Of a stretch of DNA of 40,719 nucleotides, positions 36,175-40,719 are shown piece by piece. Under the pieces are notes generated by a model that had not been told where the DNA came from, did not search any database, and saw nothing but the letters and a program-made list of their open reading frames with translations. Source of the stretch: Nitrospiraceae bacterium (GTDB lineage Bacteria > Nitrospirota > Nitrospiria > Nitrospirales > Nitrospiraceae); the NCBI GenBank assembly GCA_037442105.1, contig JBBIQV010000029.1, positions 1 to 40,719 of the forward strand, read 5' to 3'. The position numbers were made by a program, and so were the translations under genes. How positions within the stretch are numbered: position 1 is the stretch's first letter; each line of letters opens with the position of its first letter.

Positions 36175-37905
36175 ATGTCCTGGTACGCCCGCCTCGCTCC
36201 TTTTCTCAAACCCTACCTGTTGCGTATGGCCGTGGCCGGCCTCTTGGTCATGGGAGTCGCCGCCATCAACCTGGCGCTCCTCCGACTGGCGGGCCTGCTC
36301 TGGGACATCATCACCGTTCAACACGACCAACAGCGGATGACCGAGATGATCGCCGGCTTTCTCGGTCTCGTGCTCCTCCAAGGCCTCTGCTCGATGGGGC
36401 ACAGCTATCTGACGTCCTGGGTGTCGCAACGGGTCATAGCGGATTTCCGCACGCACCTCTTCGCCCATCTGCAGAAACTGTCGCTGAGTTTCTTTACAAC
36501 GCGTCGCACCGGTGAGCTGATGTCGCGGCTGATGAACGACGTGACGGTGATCCAGAGCCTGCTGACCGAAACGCCCATCGACAGTGCCAAGCAGGTAGTG
36601 ACCTTCATTGGCGGCATCGCGTTCTTGCTCGCCATGAACTGGAGGCTGTGCCTGTTGATCGTGTTAATTCTCCCGCTGCTTGTCCTGGTCGCCCGTTTGT
36701 TCGGCCGACGGCTCAAGAGCCTCTCCACGACCATTCAAGATCAGACCGCCTCTCTCAGCACCCTCGTGGAGGAAGTGTTGTCGGGCATTCGAGTCGTGAA
36801 ATCGTTCGTCCAGACCAGCCGAGAAGAACGCCGATTTTCCGGCCAGGTGTCTTCTGCGTTGACCCTTTCGCTCAGACGAGCCGCCATCCTGGCCATTTTC
36901 ATTCCGACGATTACTTGGCTGACTTTCTCCGCTGCCGCCGCAGTCCTCTGGTACGGAGGCAACCAGGTCATCGAGGGCAGCGTCACACCCGGCGATCTCT
37001 TCGCCTTCGTCCTGTTCGCCGGCATCCTCATCGGTCCCTTCGGCTCCGCCGCGCGGGTCTTCGCTCAGGTGCGAGAGGCCCAGGGAGCGATGCAGCGGGT
37101 TTTCGAAATCCTGGACACGGTCCCTGAGATTCACGACCGTCCGGACGCGATCGAACTACCGCCGGTCGTGGGACGGGTGCGGGCGGAACAGGTCGGCTTC
37201 GCCTACGATGAACGGCACCCGGTGCTCGCCGATCTCTCGTTCGAAGCCAAGCCGGGAGAAATGATCGCCATCGTCGGCCCGACCGGAGCCGGCAAAACGA
37301 CGGTCGTCAATCTGCTACACCGGTTTTACGACCCCGGCGCCGGCCGGATTACGATCGACGGTTACGATTTAAGGCAAGCACGTCTCGAGAGTCTCTATCG
37401 GCAGATCTCGCTCGTCCCGCAGGAAACCATCCTGTTCGGCGGCACGATCCAGGACAACATTCGCTATGGCCGGGAAACAGCAACGGACGAGGAGATCCTG
37501 GCAGCCAGCCGCGCCGCACACGCACACGAGTTCATCACGACATTGCCCGACGGCTATCAGACCCTCGTGGGAGAGAAAGGCGCCAATCTGTCGGGCGGCC
37601 AGCGGCAGCGGCTCGCCATCGCCCGCGCCATCCTGAAGAATCCCCGCATCCTCTTGCTCGACGAAGCCACCTCGTCGCTGGACAGCGAGTCAGAGCGCCT
37701 GGTGCAGGAAGCGTTGGAGCAACTGATGGTCGGTCGCACCACCTTCGTCGTGGCCCATCGCCTCACGACCATTCAACGGGCGGACCGGATTCTCGTGCTG
37801 AACAAGGGCCGGCTCGTCGAAGAAGGCACCCACGCCTCCCTCATGGACCGCAAGGGCCTCTACCACTACCTCTACACGCTGCGGCTCAGCGAACTGACGG
37901 CGTAG
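36175..37905 (+). CDS. ABC exporter, fused permease/ATPase (MsbA-like)
   Basis: Six-TM domain, GPTGAGKT Walker A, LSGGQRQR signature, LLLDEATSSLD. Confidence 0.93.
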   Translation: MSWYARLAPFLKPYLLRMAVAGLLVMGVAAINLALLRLAGLLWDIITVQHDQQRMTEMIAGFLGLVLLQGLCSMGHSYLTSWVSQRVIADFRTHLFAHLQKLSLSFFTTRRTGELMSRLMNDVTVIQSLLTETPIDSAKQVVTFIGGIAFLLAMNWRLCLLIVLILPLLVLVARLFGRRLKSLSTTIQDQTASLSTLVEEVLSGIRVVKSFVQTSREERRFSGQVSSALTLSLRRAAILAIFIPTITWLTFSAAAAVLWYGGNQVIEGSVTPGDLFAFVLFAGILIGPFGSAARVFAQVREAQGAMQRVFEILDTVPEIHDRPDAIELPPVVGRVRAEQVGFAYDERHPVLADLSFEAKPGEMIAIVGPTGAGKTTVVNLLHRFYDPGAGRITIDGYDLRQARLESLYRQISLVPQETILFGGTIQDNIRYGRETATDEEILAASRAAHAHEFITTLPDGYQTLVGEKGANLSGGQRQRLAIARAILKNPRILLLDEATSSLDSESERLVQEALEQLMVGRTTFVVAHRLTTIQRADRILVLNKGRLVEEGTHASLMDRKGLYHYLYTLRLSELTA

Positions 37906-38168
37906 CCCGCATTATTCATGACGGTTCGTCGCGAAATCGCGCAGTCGCGTCGCGAGACGGGCACGCGGAGCCCCGGGGACTGACACCCTTCCCCGCGTCT
38001 GCGCGTGGTGTCTGTCCCCGTCCGAACCGGGACAGGCACCGTCGCGGACGACGGAGCCAGTCCCCAAACAGTACGTCGAGGGGGCAAGCGGCGAGCCTGC
38101 CCGCCGCAGGCTTGTCGTAGCAGCGAATGCGCGATTGCAGCAGAAGTGCTCATGAATAATGCGGGCTA
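37903..38168. mobile_element. MITE-like non-autonomous element (266 bp) with internal REP-like hairpins
   Basis: Perfect 19-bp terminal inverted repeats TAGCCCGCATTATTCATGA (37903-37921 / 38150-38168). No transposase. A second partial copy lies at 40531-40657. Confidence 0.85.
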
Positions 38169-38486
38169 GGGGATGCCCACTTCTTTGAAACTCCCTGGTG
38201 AAGCGGCATCAATGGCGTGTTTGATTGCCGCAGCCGCTTTTTGAATGCGGGGCCAACTGGTGGACGACAGCACGACAATGGCAATGCTGAGTCCAGCTAA
38301 GTTTTGCTGATCGCGGAGATGCTTGTCGGTGGTGACGAACACGTCAAAGCCCTCCCGCTCGGCCACGGACAACAATTCACCGTTGGTCAACGTACTCCAT
38401 CCACGCTCAAACACGGTTTCTGCTTGATGAGGATTCAGGAGCTTGCGCAGAGGGACTGGTGTGCCCTGATCGAAGAGAATGCGCAC
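38166..38486 (-). CDS. PIN-like toxin (DUF5615/VapC45-type)
   Basis: MRILFDQGTP, GWSTLTNGELL, FDVFVTTDKHL. Directly downstream of a DUF433-type gene. Confidence 0.8.
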   Translation of the reverse strand: MRILFDQGTPVPLRKLLNPHQAETVFERGWSTLTNGELLSVAEREGFDVFVTTDKHLRDQQNLAGLSIAIVVLSSTSWPRIQKAAAAIKHAIDAASPGSFKEVGIP

Positions 38487-38714
38487 TCAGGCAACGTGGG
38501 GCGATGCTAAGCTTTTCGCCGCATGGTCGAGCACCGCGCGCACCTGCTGGATGGTAACACCCGGAAACAATTCCACAAACCGAGTGATCTCGACCCCGTC
38601 TTCTAGGTTCTCAAAAAGAGCTGAGACCGGGACGCGTGTGCCGCGAAAGACCCACGCGCCGCTGACACGCTCCGGGTCACGTGCGACTGCTGGACAAGAC
38701 GACCAATCGAACAT
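38487..38714 (-). CDS. DUF433-type antitoxin
   Basis: DPERVSGAWVFRGTRVPVSALFENLEDG...FPGVT. Confidence 0.88.
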   Translation of the reverse strand: MFDWSSCPAVARDPERVSGAWVFRGTRVPVSALFENLEDGVEITRFVELFPGVTIQQVRAVLDHAAKSLASPHVA

Positions 38715-38862
38715 GCGAGCATCCTACGCTTAGTCATGCACCGATTCAAGACACGGCATGGTTCTGTGCAAGACCACGGTGTTCTCTCGGTACCGCTACC
38801 TTTGCGTCGTTTTGACTTGGCTATCGCATGCTTGACAGGCTGCAAAAGCTTTTCGCGCTGGC

Positions 38863-39051
38863 CTACAACGTCGTTCCCTCCACGATGGCGATCTCCTCAG
38901 CGGGCAGGTCGTAGAGGTGGTACGCAAACCGGTCGATCTCGCGGTCGGTGACGTCAATCTGATGCTGGAGACGGGTGTTCACATAAACCTGACTCCGACC
39001 CCAATTCGGTGTCCCGGCGGCCGCCTCCTCATGAAGAGTTACCCTCCTCAT
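38863..39051 (-). pseudogene. Chimeric remnant: first ~12 codons of a RelE/ParE-type toxin fused to the extreme C-terminus of a type IIG restriction-modification-like protein
   Basis: MRRVTLHEEAAA is translationally coupled (ATGA) to the upstream antitoxin. A linker follows, then RLQHQIDVTDREIDRFAYHLYDLPAEEIAIVEG, resembling the ID..VY.LY.L..EEI..E tail of such enzymes. Confidence 0.65.
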
Positions 39052-39278
39052 GAGATTGCTTGACGCGCCCGGCGGAACACCTCCTCGGCAGGTATCTCTT
39101 TAGCCCTACCCTCACGCAAGTCTCTAAGCCTTCGTTCAGCTTCAGCAACCCACAAATGCAGATTTTCTTCATCCGAGGGAGCGTCCAAACTTAAGATGAG
39201 CTTTTCCGCAAGGCGCGCCCTCGCCTCCAGGCCCAGTTTCATGATCTCAGCTTCGAGTTGCTCATCGTTCATGGCCAT
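39048..39278 (-). CDS. Addiction-module antitoxin component (TIGR02574-like)
   Basis: ARARLAEKLILSLD...WVAEAERR...EIPAEEVF. Confidence 0.82.
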   Translation of the reverse strand: MAMNDEQLEAEIMKLGLEARARLAEKLILSLDAPSDEENLHLWVAEAERRLRDLREGRAKEIPAEEVFRRARQAIS

Positions 39279-39289
39279 GTCACAGACTT

Positions 39290-39525
39290 TGTGTTGTCGT
39301 TGTCTTGGGCCAATCGTTCCGGGTCAGCAAGTTGCCAAAAGGCTTTTTCTTCAAGTCCCCAGATGGTGTCGTCTAATTTAAGCGTAGAGTCCAATGTCTG
39401 GACTCCGCACCCCCCTGGAGCGGCACCCTCCGGTGCGCCGCCGCCACCTTCGCGGGCGTGTTGTGCTGCTTGCGCCACGCGCGCGGGTTGGCATCCAACT
39501 CGTCAGCATTCATGGAAACGATCAT
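39290..39525 (-). pseudogene. Two fused gene fragments of unknown families
   Basis: MIVSMNADELDANPRAWRKQHNTPAKVAAAHRRVPLQ is coupled to the hicB stop and breaks at a palindrome (39387-39405). A different frame, TLKLDDTIWGLEEKAFWQLADPERLAQD, then begins without a start codon. Confidence 0.45.
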
Positions 39526-39743
39526 GAGCCGGTCTGATAAATCACAGGCCGGTAGCGTGGACGGGGCACAGCCTTGCCTTCGGCGCGGGCGGCTTCCAGC
39601 CAAGCCTTCTTGGCCAGGAGCGCCTGCCTGAGGGCCTCTGCGGGGGTCTTACCAAAAGCTGAACAGGCTTCGAGATCCGGAATGTCGGCGATGTCGCCCT
39701 TGTCGCCGTCGCTGTAGAAGATGTTGAGGTGATACTCCTTCAT
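39522..39743 (-). CDS. HicB-family antitoxin (no hicA partner adjacent)
   Basis: ADIPDLEACSAFGKTPAEAL...WLEAARAEGKAVPRP. Confidence 0.85.
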   Translation of the reverse strand: MKEYHLNIFYSDGDKGDIADIPDLEACSAFGKTPAEALRQALLAKKAWLEAARAEGKAVPRPRYRPVIYQTGS

Positions 39744-39764
39744 GAAAGCGACTCGGGGGGAAGC

Positions 39765-39875
39765 TTATGCGGCGGGGCCGCTCCCTTCAATCACCACCTG
39801 GCGAAGCGTATCCTGGCTGCCGAATCGCTTGACCGCATCTAAAATTTCGATCCCAGCCAATCGCCCATCGCTGTC
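39765..39875 (-). pseudogene. C-terminal half of a DUF2283-type protein
   Basis: Manual translation DSDGRLAGIEILDAVKRFGSQDTLRQVVIEGSGPAA* (D..G.L.GIEILDA motif). No start codon; begins at a palindrome. Confidence 0.65.
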
Positions 39876-39903
39876 AGAGTCGGGCACTGTGACTTACCGC
39901 GGC

Positions 39904-40143
39904 TTACGCATAGGTGGCCACTTCGACCTCGCGACGCTTCTTCTTTGCATCCTCAACAATGGCCTCGATGCGCGCCGCTGCATCATCCGTGATCCAGTCG
40001 GCCCCGCATTGCACACAGACCATGGCAGGGACGCTCCGCACAACGACCACACCAAATTCAAAGTCCGCCGTGAACGTCGTTGTTCCCGCTTTCTTTGTGC
40101 CCCCGCAAAGCGGACATTGCGTCGGGGAGTTACGTCTGTTCAT
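39904..40143 (-). CDS. YgiT-type zinc finger / MqsA-like antitoxin
   Basis: CPLCGG ... VPAMVCVQCGA. ATGA overlap with the upstream DUF4258-type gene. Confidence 0.85.
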   Translation of the reverse strand: MNRRNSPTQCPLCGGTKKAGTTTFTADFEFGVVVVRSVPAMVCVQCGADWITDDAAARIEAIVEDAKKKRREVEVATYA

Positions 40144-40454
40144 GGCTTCCTCCGTGTCTTAAAGTCGGGCTCGAAGCGTTCCAAGTCCGGCCGGTAGGTG
40201 GTGATAATGTACGCCCACCGGCTTGCCGGATCAATTGCCGCAACAACATGGAGCGGTTCAGTTTCTGTCCATCCCAGGAACAAGGCACTGGGAAAGGGCT
40301 GGTCATCGGGATAGTCTTCGATCTCTTCACCCGAAAGCAGGACGGCGAACACGTCACTTCGAGAGATTCCACGCTGCAAGATCCTCCTGAGCGCGTGCAA
40401 TTGCCATTCGACCCGTCCTCCCTCGATGGCTTCCCTGAGAGCGTTACGATCCAG
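40140..40454 (-). CDS. DUF4258-type putative toxin, probable CTG start
   Basis: LDRNALREAIEGGRVEWQLHALRRILQRGISRSDV...GEEIEDYPDD...PLHVV...IITTYRPD. Strong SD before CTG 40454. Confidence 0.78.
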   Translation of the reverse strand: MDRNALREAIEGGRVEWQLHALRRILQRGISRSDVFAVLLSGEEIEDYPDDQPFPSALFLGWTETEPLHVVAAIDPASRWAYIITTYRPDLERFEPDFKTRRKP

Positions 40455-40530
40455 CGCAGCCTCCTCCTCCTCAACCTACTTTATGGAGCGACAATCCGCC
40501 GAGACATCCCCAGCCTTTCACATTTCACCT

Positions 40531-40657
40531 TAACCCGCATAATTCATGACGGTTCGTCGTGAAATCGCGGAGTCGCCAAGCGAGACGGGCACGCGGAGCC
40601 CCGGGGGCTGACACCCTTCCCCGCGTCTGCGCGTGGTGTCTGTCCCCGTCCGAACCG
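40531..40657. mobile_element. Truncated second copy of the MITE (left end only)
   Basis: TAACCCGCATAATTCATGACGGTTCGTCG...GGTGTCTGTCCCCGTCCGAACCG is near-identical to 37903-38029. Confidence 0.85.
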
Positions 40658-40719
40658 CGCGGCTCGGCAAAGTAGACCGTCAGGGTTTCGCCGACTGGAT
40701 CATGGATCACGCGGACGTG
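40658..40719 (-). pseudogene. N-terminal part of a DUF2283-like protein interrupted by the truncated MITE (start outside window)
   Basis: HVRVIHDPVGETLTVYFAEPR, after which the reading frame runs into MITE sequence. Confidence 0.55.

Noticed and set aside
38166..40719. Integron cassette array or CRISPR array
   Set aside because: No RYYYAAC...GTTRRRY attC pattern between genes, no integrase, and no regularly spaced direct repeats anywhere in the window.

Overview
GC-rich bacterial chromosomal segment. It is most likely Nitrospira/Nitrospirota, an inference from gene content and repeat style rather than a database result. The left end (1-7.5 kb) is a metal(loid) island. It holds a merR-merT-merP-CMD/AhpD operon with no merA in view, an unannotated 28-aa Cys-Pro peptide gene with its own copy of the MerR operator-promoter, and a divergent arsM-arsR-arsS-PiT cluster of arsenosugar type. 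The middle (7.5-37.9 kb) is mostly housekeeping: hflKC, fhs, M23 peptidase, cutA, rhodanese, epimerase, zapB-zapA-[~450-nt structured RNA at the usual 6S position]-rny-ymdB-xseAB-tlyA, a TPR lytic transglycosylase, rlmN, an M16 pair, larE, a stand-alone F0 operon, pabB/pabC-like genes, nadB, a bS22-like peptide and an MsbA-like exporter. The right end (37.9-40.7 kb) is a MITE-bounded, co-oriented array of toxin-antitoxin genes and gene fragments, several of them fused at a shared short palindrome. The best leads are the MerR-controlled micropeptide, the oversized end-paired RNA between zapA and rny, and the palindrome-joined TA fragment array.
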